This document shows, one piece after another, positions 33,454 to 44,775 of a DNA stretch of 64,000 nt (its first letter is position 1; every line of letters starts with the position of its first letter). The stretch is taken from NCBI GenBank assembly GCA_039028615.1, contig JBCCHT010000040.1, positions 32,001-96,000 of the forward strand, read 5' to 3'. The position numbers were made by a program, and so were the translations under genes. This stretch comes from Myxococcota bacterium (GTDB taxonomy: Bacteria > Myxococcota_A > Polyangia > Nannocystales > Nannocystaceae). The notes beneath the pieces are model-generated. The model had not been told where the DNA came from, ran no database searches, and worked only from the letters and a program-made list of their open reading frames with translations.

Positions 33454-35001
<1,548 letters not shown>

Positions 35002-35020
35002 CGTGTCGAAGCTCGGAGTC

Positions 35021-35956
35021 CTAGAGGAACCGATAGACCAGGTTGATCGACGTGATGGTGTCGAGGTGACGCACGCCGGGCAACGGGTCGTTGTCCATGC
35101 GGAGGTTGAACGAGGCCGACAGCGACAGCTTGCTCACCAGCAGCGTCGAGAAGGTCGACACCCAGTTGAGACGCCAGCGTTGCCCATCGAGCAGGCTCTG
35201 GAGGTACTCGAGGTCGGTCGTGAAGGTGACCGCGTCGCTGACGTTGTTGCTGTAGCCCGCGGCTACACGAGCCGCGTGGGTGATGAAGGTGCGGTCCAGC
35301 GGAATGAACTGGCCCTGCGCGTCGTAGATGGGGTTCCCGTCGGCATCGAGCTCGATGGCCGAGTCGGGGTCGCGCACGTCGAGCTGGAAGTCGTAGCCCG
35401 CTTCGACCCGGAGCTGCTCCTTGGCCGAGCTGATGATGTACAGCGCGGCACCGGGGTCGACGTTGAGCCGCAGGTCGAGGCGCTGGAAGGGATCGTGGCG
35501 CGCGGTGACCATGCCGAAGAGCGACCAGCGCTTCGACAGGAACACGTCGTAGCGGGCTCGACCCTGGAGGTTGCCCACCGTGTCGACCGGCTCGGAGTTC
35601 ACGTCCGCGGCGGCTCGGCCGTAGTTGCCGAGGAAGGTCGCGAGGAACTGGTGACGATCGCGGCGGATCTTGAAGTTGGTGCCACCGGTGACCGCGGTGC
35701 TCCGGGCGTTGCCGGTACTGACGAGCGCGCCGAAGGACAGGCCCCACTCGAGGGTGTCGCCTGCTTCTTCGTCTTGCTCGGCCACGGTGCCGAAGGAACC
35801 CTGGCCGTCGAGTTCGGTGGAGCCGGACGAAGCCGGGTCTTTGGCCGCGGTTCCGTCCTTGAGTTCGGGAGGGTCGGCAGGTCCGGCCGCAGCGGCCACG
35901 TTGGTGACGAGGGCGGCCGTGAGCCCGGCCGCGGCGATTGCTAGGCGTCCGCGCAT
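35021..35956 (-). CDS. DUF481 family outer-membrane beta-barrel
   Basis: STGNA, HDPFQRLD, DNDPLPG...DTITSINLVYRF. Confidence 0.8.
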   Translation of the reverse strand: MRGRLAIAAAGLTAALVTNVAAAAGPADPPELKDGTAAKDPASSGSTELDGQGSFGTVAEQDEEAGDTLEWGLSFGALVSTGNARSTAVTGGTNFKIRRDRHQFLATFLGNYGRAAADVNSEPVDTVGNLQGRARYDVFLSKRWSLFGMVTARHDPFQRLDLRLNVDPGAALYIISSAKEQLRVEAGYDFQLDVRDPDSAIELDADGNPIYDAQGQFIPLDRTFITHAARVAAGYSNNVSDAVTFTTDLEYLQSLLDGQRWRLNWVSTFSTLLVSKLSLSASFNLRMDNDPLPGVRHLDTITSINLVYRFL

Positions 35957-36093
35957 GAGCGGCGCCCATCCTACTGCCCTTTGTCGCCCCGGGCGCCTCT
36001 TCGCCGGCCTTTTTTGTGTTTGGGGCGAAATTCCCCGCGGAACGTGCTCCCGAAGCGGCCGGCGATGGAACCCAGGGAGATCGCGACGAACGT

Positions 36094-36609
36094 TCAGGGA
36101 GCCGCTGGCGTCACTTCTACGGCGATCACGAAGTCCTCGGCGTCCGCCTCATCACCCCGGCCCGCGACCGGGATCGTGATGGTGGCCCGACCGGGCGCCG
36201 CGGCTCGGAACTCGAAGTGCTCCCGGGATCGGCCGCCGTCGACCTCCGGCGGCGGGCCTTCGGTCGTGCGGGACACGAAGCGCACCGCAATACCGTCGAC
36301 CTTCGCTCGGCCCCAGCCATAGCGGTACTTGGGGTGGATGCCCTGCGACGACTCGGCCAGCTCGACGACGAGCTGATCGCCGGGATGAATGACCGGCGCG
36401 GGCTTCCCCCGCAGATCGGAGAGATCGATCGTCTTGCCCGTCGCCGGTACGGCGGCCTTGCCTGCGTCGTCGGCCTTGCCCTCGGCCTTGGCCGGCGTAG
36501 CTCCGTCGGCGGCTGGGGCCGGGCCTTCGTTGGGGGGAGCCGCCGGGCGATCGCCCGTGCAGCCCATCGTGACCGAGGCCAGGAGACACGGTGCCAGCAC
36601 GCGGAGCAT
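36094..36609 (-). CDS. Lipoprotein with chagasin/I42-like Ig fold
   Basis: Lipobox TMGC; PGDQLVVEL...Y.W...GG....FEFRAAAPGRATITI. Confidence 0.55.
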   Translation of the reverse strand: MLRVLAPCLLASVTMGCTGDRPAAPPNEGPAPAADGATPAKAEGKADDAGKAAVPATGKTIDLSDLRGKPAPVIHPGDQLVVELAESSQGIHPKYRYGWGRAKVDGIAVRFVSRTTEGPPPEVDGGRSREHFEFRAAAPGRATITIPVAGRGDEADAEDFVIAVEVTPAAP

Positions 36610-36625
36610 GCCGGCATGGTAGTCG

Positions 36626-39535
36626 CTATCGACGTCGGCGTCGCAGGCCGAGCAACACCAGCAGGCCGAAGGCCGCGAACCCGGATCCGGGGGCGTCGTC
36701 GGTGGCTTGGCAGGCGCAGCCGCGGGGCACGAGGCCGTCGTTGGTCAGGCCACCGCCGGCTCCTCCTCCGTCGTCGCTCCCACCATCGTCGCTGCCGCCG
36801 TCGTCGGAGCCATCGTCTCCGCCGTCGTCGCCCTCGAGCAGGCAGACCGCGCTGCAGCCGTCGCCGTCGAGGAGGTTGCCGTCGTCGCACTCCTCGGTGC
36901 CTTCGATCACCCCGTTGCCGCAGGCGTTGGCGCCGGGCCGATAGCCGACCACGCACAGCTCGTCGACCGTCCAGCCGCCCATCTCGAGGCCGCCGTCGGT
37001 GCGCACGCCGAATCCCAGCTGGACCTGGCCGCCGCTGGCGGCCGCGCTGATGTCGACGTCATGGAACACCCACTGCGAGTCGCGGTGGTGGACGTTGGCG
37101 CCCTGGTTGTCGTTGGCGCTCGCGAAGTTGCTCCACGCAATCTCTTCGTTGGCGGTGATGAAGGCCTGGTCGTAGAACCCGTCCTCGACCGTCAGCCAGC
37201 GCTGGTAGTGCAGTCGTACCGAGGCGTAGCCGGCCGGCACCGCGATGACCGGGCTGAGCACGGAGGTGTTGGAGCCGGGCGGGTAGAACCCGTCGCCGTT
37301 GAGGTCGAGGCCGAGCACGAAGGGATCGGGACCCGCGGCATCCGCCGGGTCACCCGCGAGGCCGAGCGGAACGTCGACGTCCCACGGGTTGGTGATCTCC
37401 CAGCCGTCGGCGAGGGCCTGGTCGAAGCTCGTGCAGTAGATGGGCTCGACCGGGCCGAACCAGTGCTGGAACCAGGGGTCGCCCTGGTTGGGCGGCACGA
37501 TGCGCGCGGCCCCGGTGGAGTACTCGACGAGCACTCGATAGCGCATGACTTGGCCATCGGGCAGCGGGGGCAGGACGAGCTCGTAGCCGCCACCCACCGG
37601 GGTCATCTCGGCCAGCTGGGTGCTGGAGTCGCCGTCGCGGGGGCCCCACTCGATGAACGCGACCGCCTCGAGCGGGCAGGCGTCGAAGGAGGGCAGGTTC
37701 AGGTCCACGCGCACGCCGAGGCCCCCGGGGACCTCCTGGGCGACGACCTTCTCGGCCTCGATGCCCGTGCCCGAGAACAGCCCGTGGGAGCCGAAGGCCT
37801 GGTTGATCTCGCAGCCGTCGGGCGTGCCGTTGGCGAGGTTGCCGTCGTCGTCGTTGACGAGCAGGGCGGCGCCGTACATCGAGGGCATGTCCACCGCGCG
37901 GCGGGTGCCCTCGTAGAAGATGATGTCGGTGCGGCGGATGCCCTCGGCCGGGCCGTACTTCTCCATCAGCAGCGTACGCAGGTCCCACAGCGCGCCGCCG
38001 ATGATCATGCCCGCCTGGTGGATCTCGCCGTCGTCCTCCGGCCACACGCGCTCGAAGCCCACCGGGTTCAGCTCGCGCAGGGGCTCTTCGTCGTAGAAGA
38101 AGCCGCGGCCCATGCCCGAGTCGCCCACGATCGTGGCGGCGAGGTAGTCGGAGATGCCCTCCGAAAGCGCGCCGTCGAAGGAGCCCACGCCGGGGATGAG
38201 GGACTGGCGATGCACCGAGTGCCCCGCCTCGTGATAGATGACGTCGGCCATCCGCCCCGTGTTCTCGCAGTTGTTGCTCGAACGCAGGAAGAACAGCGAG
38301 TCCCCGTCGGACATCGCGTTGCATTCGTCGTCGATGTTGACGGTGGCGGTGGTGCTGCGATTGAGCCACTCGAGGTCGGGGGCGAAGGCGCGGACGTAGC
38401 TCTTCACCGCCAGCAGGTGGGCGTAGGTGGTGGCCTGCGCGTCGCCGGCCTCCTCGTCGCCCTGGTTCCACACCGCCACGCCGCCGTCGGCCAGGAACAG
38501 CGTGTCGGTCAGCAGCGGCCCCGTCTCGTCGACGATCTCGGCGAAGGGGCCCTGCAGGCCCGGGCTGACATTGGCCGCGCTGCCGGGGAAGGTCACCGAG
38601 GAACTCAGGTCGGTGGTCTGCAGCTCGCCGTTGACCAGGACATTGGTCGAGGGCACGGGCAGGTTGACCCGCGGGAAGATCGGGCTGCGCGAGGAGGCGT
38701 TGTAGATGATCTGCCCCGACGCTTCGTGCATCGTGGACTGGCGAGCCACGGGCTCTCCGGTCTCGGCGTCGAGATAGACCCACCAGCGGCCCATGGGTGT
38801 TTCGGTACGAACCTCGGTCCGCACGACCTCGCGGTACTGCGGGCCCGAGCCGGTGCCGTCGTCCACGGGGAGGATCATCGGGGCGCTCACCGCCGTGTCG
38901 CTGCGCAGGGTGGCAGGCGAGAAGTCGCGGGCGATCCAGCTACGGGCCTGAGCGCGGACGGTGGTCTCGTCGGCGGGCGCGAGCGTGGAGCTGACGAACA
39001 CGTTGGACTTGGCCAGGCTCGTGATCATCACGAGTCGGTCGTGCTTGAACAGCAGGCCGATCTGCCCCCCCACGACCTCGCGGCCGCCGGCGTGTTGCGC
39101 GAAGCCGACGCTGCGGATCCCGGCCGACTCGTCGTTCGACACGAGCACGAAGTCGGTGTCGCTCGAGCCGGGGGCGAGCAGGGCGACGTGGCGTCGGAGG
39201 AGATCACGAGCGACCCGCTCCGCCTCGTCGGGCGAAGCGATGACGCCGGGCGTGGCGAGTCCGGCCGCGATGATCTGCCGGGGGTGTTCTTGTTGGTCGT
39301 CCCAGGTCGCCCATGCGGAGCCGAGCTCGGCGGTCAACGCATCGAAGGCGCGGGCCCGGGCGGGGTCGGCCGCGGTGGCCCGGAACTCGTGCGGCGCCGC
39401 GAGGTGCAGGACGTGGCCATTGGCCAGCTCGTGCTCTCCGACCGCGGCCTTGGTGGTGGCAGGGGAAGTGACGGCGAGCGCGGTGGCGGGCCACAGCGCG
39501 GTGAGAAGAGACAAAACGAGCGTTCGATTCACCAC
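36626..39535 (-). CDS. M36/M4-like gluzincin metalloprotease with Cys-rich repeat and MYXO-CTERM
   Basis: Signal peptide; FTP/PepSY-like pro-region (YLDAETGE); HEAGH and ALSEGISD; CDDGN repeat; RGCACQ...LLGLRRRRR. Confidence 0.88.
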   Translation of the reverse strand: MVNRTLVLSLLTALWPATALAVTSPATTKAAVGEHELANGHVLHLAAPHEFRATAADPARARAFDALTAELGSAWATWDDQQEHPRQIIAAGLATPGVIASPDEAERVARDLLRRHVALLAPGSSDTDFVLVSNDESAGIRSVGFAQHAGGREVVGGQIGLLFKHDRLVMITSLAKSNVFVSSTLAPADETTVRAQARSWIARDFSPATLRSDTAVSAPMILPVDDGTGSGPQYREVVRTEVRTETPMGRWWVYLDAETGEPVARQSTMHEASGQIIYNASSRSPIFPRVNLPVPSTNVLVNGELQTTDLSSSVTFPGSAANVSPGLQGPFAEIVDETGPLLTDTLFLADGGVAVWNQGDEEAGDAQATTYAHLLAVKSYVRAFAPDLEWLNRSTTATVNIDDECNAMSDGDSLFFLRSSNNCENTGRMADVIYHEAGHSVHRQSLIPGVGSFDGALSEGISDYLAATIVGDSGMGRGFFYDEEPLRELNPVGFERVWPEDDGEIHQAGMIIGGALWDLRTLLMEKYGPAEGIRRTDIIFYEGTRRAVDMPSMYGAALLVNDDDGNLANGTPDGCEINQAFGSHGLFSGTGIEAEKVVAQEVPGGLGVRVDLNLPSFDACPLEAVAFIEWGPRDGDSSTQLAEMTPVGGGYELVLPPLPDGQVMRYRVLVEYSTGAARIVPPNQGDPWFQHWFGPVEPIYCTSFDQALADGWEITNPWDVDVPLGLAGDPADAAGPDPFVLGLDLNGDGFYPPGSNTSVLSPVIAVPAGYASVRLHYQRWLTVEDGFYDQAFITANEEIAWSNFASANDNQGANVHHRDSQWVFHDVDISAAASGGQVQLGFGVRTDGGLEMGGWTVDELCVVGYRPGANACGNGVIEGTEECDDGNLLDGDGCSAVCLLEGDDGGDDGSDDGGSDDGGSDDGGGAGGGLTNDGLVPRGCACQATDDAPGSGFAAFGLLVLLGLRRRRR

Positions 39536-39558
39536 AAAACCTGCAAACCCCAGGCATC

Positions 39559-39587
39559 GTTGTAGAAGTGAAGTCGAGAGGGGTCAA
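39559..39587 (-). promoter_or_regulatory. sigma70-type promoter of the protease gene
   Basis: TTGACC-N17-TACAAC on the minus strand. Confidence 0.6.
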
Positions 39588-39771
39588 GGAGCGTTGCGTG
39601 CGCCGATCCGCGCATCACGATCGCACCCTCGGCCCGCATCTCGGCGGGACGATGCACTTCACGTTGTAGGCCGTCCGCAGTTGCCCGGTTACCGCTCGCC
39701 GTCGCGTCGGCGAAGTCACCGACGAAATGCCGTCGGCGAACGAATCAGGGTGAACGGACGTGGCGTGGTGA

Positions 39772-40365
39772 CTAACCGGAGATGGGCTCGCTACGCGTCG
39801 GGCACACCAGCGCGCCGCCGTCTTCGCCCGAGCCGCAGGGCTCGCCGTCGGAGAAGTCTTCGATGCTGCGGGTGTCGACGAGCGGATCGCCGGGCCACGA
39901 GGACAGAGGGTCGACACTCTCGAGCGGATCGAGGCTCGCGAGCAAGGTCCCGCCGCAGTCGGGATCGCCCGGGTCGCACTCGCTCGACCAGCGACCTTCG
40001 TCGGAGGCGGCGGAGACCATACTCGCCGCGTCGGTCGAGCGGGCGCCGGGCTCGACATCACCCTTGGGCCAGACCATCAGCGCGACCACGGCGGCCGCGG
40101 CCCAGATGCCGCCGGCCATGCCGATGCGTCGGGCCAGGCGGCGCGGGGCCGAGATGCGAACCGGCTCGGCTTCGAGTTCGATCTGCGCGGCGACCTCGTG
40201 CATGAGGTTCTGGAGCTCGGCTTCGTCGGCCAAGCGCTGGGCACACAGGGCGCACTCGAAGACATGGGCCTCGAGGGCTTCGGCCTGCTCGGGATCGAGG
40301 GTGTCGCTGACGTAGGCCGCCAGGTCCTCTTGGCGAGGGTGGTCGGCGATGGGAAGGACGTTCAT
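39772..40365 (-). CDS. Zinc-binding (zf-HC2) membrane anti-sigma factor
   Basis: HVFECALC, TM helix; ATGA overlap with the sigma gene. Confidence 0.85.
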   Translation of the reverse strand: MNVLPIADHPRQEDLAAYVSDTLDPEQAEALEAHVFECALCAQRLADEAELQNLMHEVAAQIELEAEPVRISAPRRLARRIGMAGGIWAAAAVVALMVWPKGDVEPGARSTDAASMVSAASDEGRWSSECDPGDPDCGGTLLASLDPLESVDPLSSWPGDPLVDTRSIEDFSDGEPCGSGEDGGALVCPTRSEPISG

Positions 40366-41081
40366 CGAAGTTTCCTCCGAGGCTCGGCGATGGCGGCCCG
40401 CATGCGCTTGCGGAGCTCGCAGACGATCTGGCGTACGCGCTGGACCGAGAGCCCCAGCTCTTGGGCGACCTCGGTCGGGGTCATGGCCCGCTCGCCGTAG
40501 AGCAGGGCAAAGACGCGTTGAGCGTTGGGCGAAGCCCGGTCGACGACCCCCCGCACGGTGCGGAGTTGTTGTCGGGCATTGAGCTGGCCCTCGGGGTCTA
40601 GGGTCAGGTTGGCGGCGGCCTGCTCTTGGCGGGGCCGGTCGAGTCGGGCGCGCCGTTCCTCGCGGCGCACATCGTCGCTGGCGAGGAAGCCGGCTTGGGT
40701 GATGACCAGGCCGGGCAGGCTGAGTTCTTTGATGAGGCCGGCGCGGTGACGATCGATGACCCGCAGCCAGGCGTCTTGGGCGAGCTCTTTGGCGCGCTCG
40801 AGCGGCACGCCGCGGCCGACCAAGGAGACGACGACGCGACGGCCGTGGCGGCGCATCATCTCGTCCCAGGGGACGTCGTCGACGGGTTGAGCGGGCGCGG
40901 CGTTGGCCGGCGCCTCGTGGGTGGGCACCGCCGCTTTGGACACCGTGGGCTCGGGACGGGGAGCCTCAGCCGCGGGCGCTTCGCGCTGCCGCGGCCACAC
41001 ACCCCACACGCTGCCGTCCCCGGCAGCGGCCGCCGCGGGGATGCCTGCACCCGGGGCGAAAATGGAGGGTCGGCTCACCAT
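40362..41081 (-). CDS. ECF-type sigma factor
   Basis: AKELAQDAW (region 2) and EVAQELGLSVQRVRQI (region 4); coupled to the anti-sigma gene. Confidence 0.8.
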   Translation of the reverse strand: MVSRPSIFAPGAGIPAAAAAGDGSVWGVWPRQREAPAAEAPRPEPTVSKAAVPTHEAPANAAPAQPVDDVPWDEMMRRHGRRVVVSLVGRGVPLERAKELAQDAWLRVIDRHRAGLIKELSLPGLVITQAGFLASDDVRREERRARLDRPRQEQAAANLTLDPEGQLNARQQLRTVRGVVDRASPNAQRVFALLYGERAMTPTEVAQELGLSVQRVRQIVCELRKRMRAAIAEPRRKLR

Positions 41082-41203
41082 GGATCACAACGTCGTCGAG
41101 GCTCGTAGCATATCGCGAGCGTGTTTTGCGCAACGGAAGTCTCTCGATCTATGTATGGAGAGGTGAGCAGGTGTGTGATGGCAGCGTTGGCCGGGCGCCG
41201 CCA

Positions 41204-41944
41204 CTACGAGCGCTTGCGACCGCTCGAACGCTTGCGCCCACCCGGGCGCTTGCCCTTGGGCGGGGCGTCGTCCTTGGTCAGTCGGGCGGCATAGACCGCG
41301 TGGCGCAGGCCCCCGCGACCGGGGCGAGTGCGATGCACGGAGAAGCCGGCCCGCGTGAGGCGGCGCTCGAAGCCCGCGTCGTGCTCCTCGCTCCACACCG
41401 AGAACACGCCTTGGGGTCGCAACGCGCGGGCGCTGTGCTCGATGGCGTGGCGTCCGTAGAAGGGATCGGCGTTGGCGTCGGTGCCGGAGTGCGGGCCTTC
41501 GAACAGGTCGAGCACGATCGCATCGAAGCTGCCGGGCTCGCTGCGGCGGATGAGGGCCGCGACGTCGGCCACCACGATCGTCACGCGCGGATCGGAGAGC
41601 GCCTCGCCGTTGACCGCGGCCAGCGGTCCCTCGCACCAGGTGGCGATGATGCCGTGCAGCTCGGCCACCGTGATCTGGGCGGTGGGGGGTAGCACGTCCA
41701 GCGCAGCGCGGAGGGTGCAGCCCATGCCGAGTCCGCCGATCAGCACCCGCGGCGCGGGGTGAGTGGCCAGGGGTTCGCATGCCACTTCGGCCACCGCCAG
41801 CTCCGAGCGGTTGGCGAAGCTGTTCATCAGCACGCGGCGATCGACGGTGATCAGGAACTCGCGGGCGCCCTCGCGTCCGCGGGCGGAGAGCCCGAGCTCT
41901 CCGTCGTCCGTCTGTGCCGTGTCCAGGACTTCCCAGGGCTGCAC
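41204..41944 (-). CDS. Spermidine-synthase-like SAM-dependent methyltransferase
   Basis: LMNS...SE, VLIGGLGMG and FDAIVLD motifs. Confidence 0.85.
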   Translation of the reverse strand: MQPWEVLDTAQTDDGELGLSARGREGAREFLITVDRRVLMNSFANRSELAVAEVACEPLATHPAPRVLIGGLGMGCTLRAALDVLPPTAQITVAELHGIIATWCEGPLAAVNGEALSDPRVTIVVADVAALIRRSEPGSFDAIVLDLFEGPHSGTDANADPFYGRHAIEHSARALRPQGVFSVWSEEHDAGFERRLTRAGFSVHRTRPGRGGLRHAVYAARLTKDDAPPKGKRPGGRKRSSGRKRS

Positions 41945-42195
41945 GAAAAGTCGCTCCTCGCGAGAAGCGGTGGTTTACAGCAAGTCCACGCGCGCCAGCG
42001 CGGTGGCGGTGCGCGCGACGTGCGAAACCGGTCTCTGCTCCCGTACCGGGCCTCCTGACGCCGATTTGGCGCGGTCGTGAGCTATGGCGGCGCCGGCTTC
42101 GGGCATCCTTTTTTCATCGATCACGCCCCGGTTTCGCCCCATGGGCCCATGCCTGCGCCGACCATGGGCAGGCTCGACGCTTTCGAGGATCGACC

Positions 42196-43344
42196 ATGCC
42201 TGACAAACCATCGCTCGCTCTGCTGGGATTCGTGTTCGTCGGTCTGGCCTGTGGTGACGATGGGGGCAATGCCGATGCGGCGGCCGACGGCGCGGCGACG
42301 CTCGGGGGCGAGACGGCCAGCGCGGACGAGGACAGCTCGGCCGGCTCCGACGACTCCGACGGCTCGTCGCCCATCACCGCCGTCGATGCGGCCGCGGACA
42401 TGGCCAACGGCTTCAACGTCGGCAACGCCTTCGACTTCCCCCAGCACCCGCGGACCTTTGCCTCCGCCGGGGCGATGATCGACGCCTACTACGACGAAGG
42501 CTTTCGCACCGTTCGCCTCCCCGTGAGCTGGATCGACAGCGCCTGGGCGGGCGAGCCCCCGCTGGCCGCGACCGACGGCACCGTCGACACGAGCCACCCA
42601 CGCCTGGCGGAGATCGAGTCCACCGTCGACCACGCGCTCGACAAGGGCATGTACGTGGTGCTCGACCTGCACCACGAAAACTGGCTGTACGACGAGCCCT
42701 GGAGCGACGGTCAGCTCACCCGCTTCGAGCAGCTGTGGTCGGGTGTCTGCGAGATCTTTGCCGATCGCCCCTACCAGCTGATCTTCGAGGCCATCAACGA
42801 GCCGCACGGCACCATCGAGAACGACAGCGTCGCCGTGCAGGCGCTCAACCAGACCGCCTACGACGTCATCCGCGGCTGCGGGGGCAACAACGCCGAGCGC
42901 ATCCTCGTGATCGACGGCGGTCACTGGGGCAGCCGCACCGGGCTGCCCGCGATCTGGCCCGAGGTCACCGACATCCCCGGAGGCGGCGAGGACCCCTACG
43001 TCATGGCGTCGGTGCACTACTACGAGCCGCTGGTGCTGACCCACGGCGACGATGCCTCGGGGGTCGACACCATGTGGTCCGCGGCCACCATCGCCAACCA
43101 CTTCCAGTTCGTCGAGAATTGGTCGCAGGGCCAGGTGCCGATCTTTCTGGGCGAGTTCGGCATCAACTGGGACCAGCACGCGCACGTCGTCAACGACAAC
43201 ATCCAGGGCTGGATGGGCGCGGTGGCGGACGAGTGCCGCACCCGGGGCTGGGGCTTCGCGATCTGGGACGACGGGGGTTGGTTCCGGGTGATGGATCGCC
43301 AGACGCAGCAGTTCAACGGGCTGCAAGACGCCGTCGTGCCCTGA
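42196..43344 (+). CDS. Glycoside hydrolase family 5 lipoprotein
   Basis: Lipobox GLAC; GFNVGN, VRLPV, INEP (acid/base), HYY, LGEFG (nucleophile), WDDG. Confidence 0.9.
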   Translation: MPDKPSLALLGFVFVGLACGDDGGNADAAADGAATLGGETASADEDSSAGSDDSDGSSPITAVDAAADMANGFNVGNAFDFPQHPRTFASAGAMIDAYYDEGFRTVRLPVSWIDSAWAGEPPLAATDGTVDTSHPRLAEIESTVDHALDKGMYVVLDLHHENWLYDEPWSDGQLTRFEQLWSGVCEIFADRPYQLIFEAINEPHGTIENDSVAVQALNQTAYDVIRGCGGNNAERILVIDGGHWGSRTGLPAIWPEVTDIPGGGEDPYVMASVHYYEPLVLTHGDDASGVDTMWSAATIANHFQFVENWSQGQVPIFLGEFGINWDQHAHVVNDNIQGWMGAVADECRTRGWGFAIWDDGGWFRVMDRQTQQFNGLQDAVVP

Positions 43345-43446
43345 CGCGGGCGTTCGAACAAAAGAGGACACCGAGCCTCGCATTCGCGGGCCCGGTGTCC
43401 GGGAGACACGCCCTTTCGCCTGGCGTGTCGACGAAACGTGGAGGGG

Positions 43447-44622
43447 TTAGGGAACGGGGAGGACTTCGCCGTCCTCGGCGCACAGCGAGGTCTCGAGGTG
43501 CCCGGTGACGCGCAGCCCGTCGCAGGCCGCGTTGCAAAGCTCGATGGTGGAGCGCTGGGTGTCGTCGGTGAAGTGCCAGCCCGACTCGGTGCTGCAGTCG
43601 GTGATCTGTTCGATGAGCTCGTCGTCGACGCGGACCTCGAAGGAGGCGTTGTCGGGCACGGCGACCTCGAGGGGCAGGGTGCACTCGATGCGGGCGGCGA
43701 CCTCGTCCAGCGCGGTGTACAGCGCGGTCTCGTCGTCCGCCGCGTAGTAGGGCAGCTCGCCGTCACGCGCCACGCCACCCGCCAGGGCCACGTCCTCCAG
43801 CACCTCGTGGGCGTTGGCCTGGGCGTAGTCGACATACTCGTCGCGGATGTCGATGCCGACCACGTAGGTCGGGACGCCCATGGTCTCGTACGCGGACTCG
43901 ACCACCGAGGGCAGCGACTCGTCGTACAGGAACATGCCGTTTTCGTCGGCGCAGTTGGCCAGGCCGTCGGTGACCAGGAGCACGGCGCGAGGGCTGCCGT
44001 CGGCCTGCTCACTCAGGTGGTTCAGGGCGGTGACCATGCCCGCGCGGGCCGGGGTCGCACCCTGCACCGTGGTGTCGGCGCTCGGCATGGAGGCGAGGAT
44101 GTTCGCGGCGTTGTTGGCATCGGTGCGCACGTCGGGGCCGCTGTCGACCCGGCACGCCGCCTCGAAGCCCTGGTCCCAGTGCCCCGCGTCGGCGGCGGGG
44201 AACAAGGTGGCGCCGAAATCGATGGTCGCGTCGTAGGTGGTCAGCAGGTCCGAGACGACCGAGTGCAGGCTCGACCAGCGGGTGACCTCTTCGCCGCCAT
44301 GAACCCAGCGCTCGTCGCTCATGCTCGAGGACTTGTCGAGCACGAGCATGACCTGCGGGGCATTGGCTTGGAGGTCGAAGGTCTCGCTGATGCACTCCTC
44401 GGGATCGGCACTGATGCCGTCGTCCGCGGCTCCGCCTTCGGCACCCGCACTGGCGGCTCCGCCGTCGTCGAGGCCCGCGTCTTCTCCCTCGTCGTCGAAT
44501 CCAGAAACGTCGATGCCGTCTCCGCCCGCCGAGGCGAACGGGTCATCGCCCGAGTCGCCGACACAGGCCCCGAGCAGGGCGGTGGCGATCAAGGAGACAG
44601 CGAACGGTGACTTCGCAAGCAT
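43447..44622 (-). CDS. vWA-domain lipoprotein (CglB-like architecture)
   Basis: Lipobox LGAC; MIDAS DKSSSM, TP and VTDG; C-terminal LCNAAC. Confidence 0.82.
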   Translation of the reverse strand: MLAKSPFAVSLIATALLGACVGDSGDDPFASAGGDGIDVSGFDDEGEDAGLDDGGAASAGAEGGAADDGISADPEECISETFDLQANAPQVMLVLDKSSSMSDERWVHGGEEVTRWSSLHSVVSDLLTTYDATIDFGATLFPAADAGHWDQGFEAACRVDSGPDVRTDANNAANILASMPSADTTVQGATPARAGMVTALNHLSEQADGSPRAVLLVTDGLANCADENGMFLYDESLPSVVESAYETMGVPTYVVGIDIRDEYVDYAQANAHEVLEDVALAGGVARDGELPYYAADDETALYTALDEVAARIECTLPLEVAVPDNASFEVRVDDELIEQITDCSTESGWHFTDDTQRSTIELCNAACDGLRVTGHLETSLCAEDGEVLPVP

Positions 44623-44634
44623 GCCCACTAACGG

Positions 44635-44650
44635 AGCAAGACCGGGGCCA
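44635..44650 (-). promoter_or_regulatory. sigma54 (-24/-12) promoter
   Basis: TGGC-CCCGGTC-TTGCT upstream of the vWA gene. Confidence 0.6.
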
Positions 44651-44775
44651 CCCACATGTAGGGATCAAAAACCCTGGAATCCCGGCGACTCAGGAAGAAC
44701 ACCCGAGATGTCTCACACGTGGATCCACTGGCTTGTTCAATGGGTTGGCCTGGCTACGCCATTGGCCGCTAGGAC

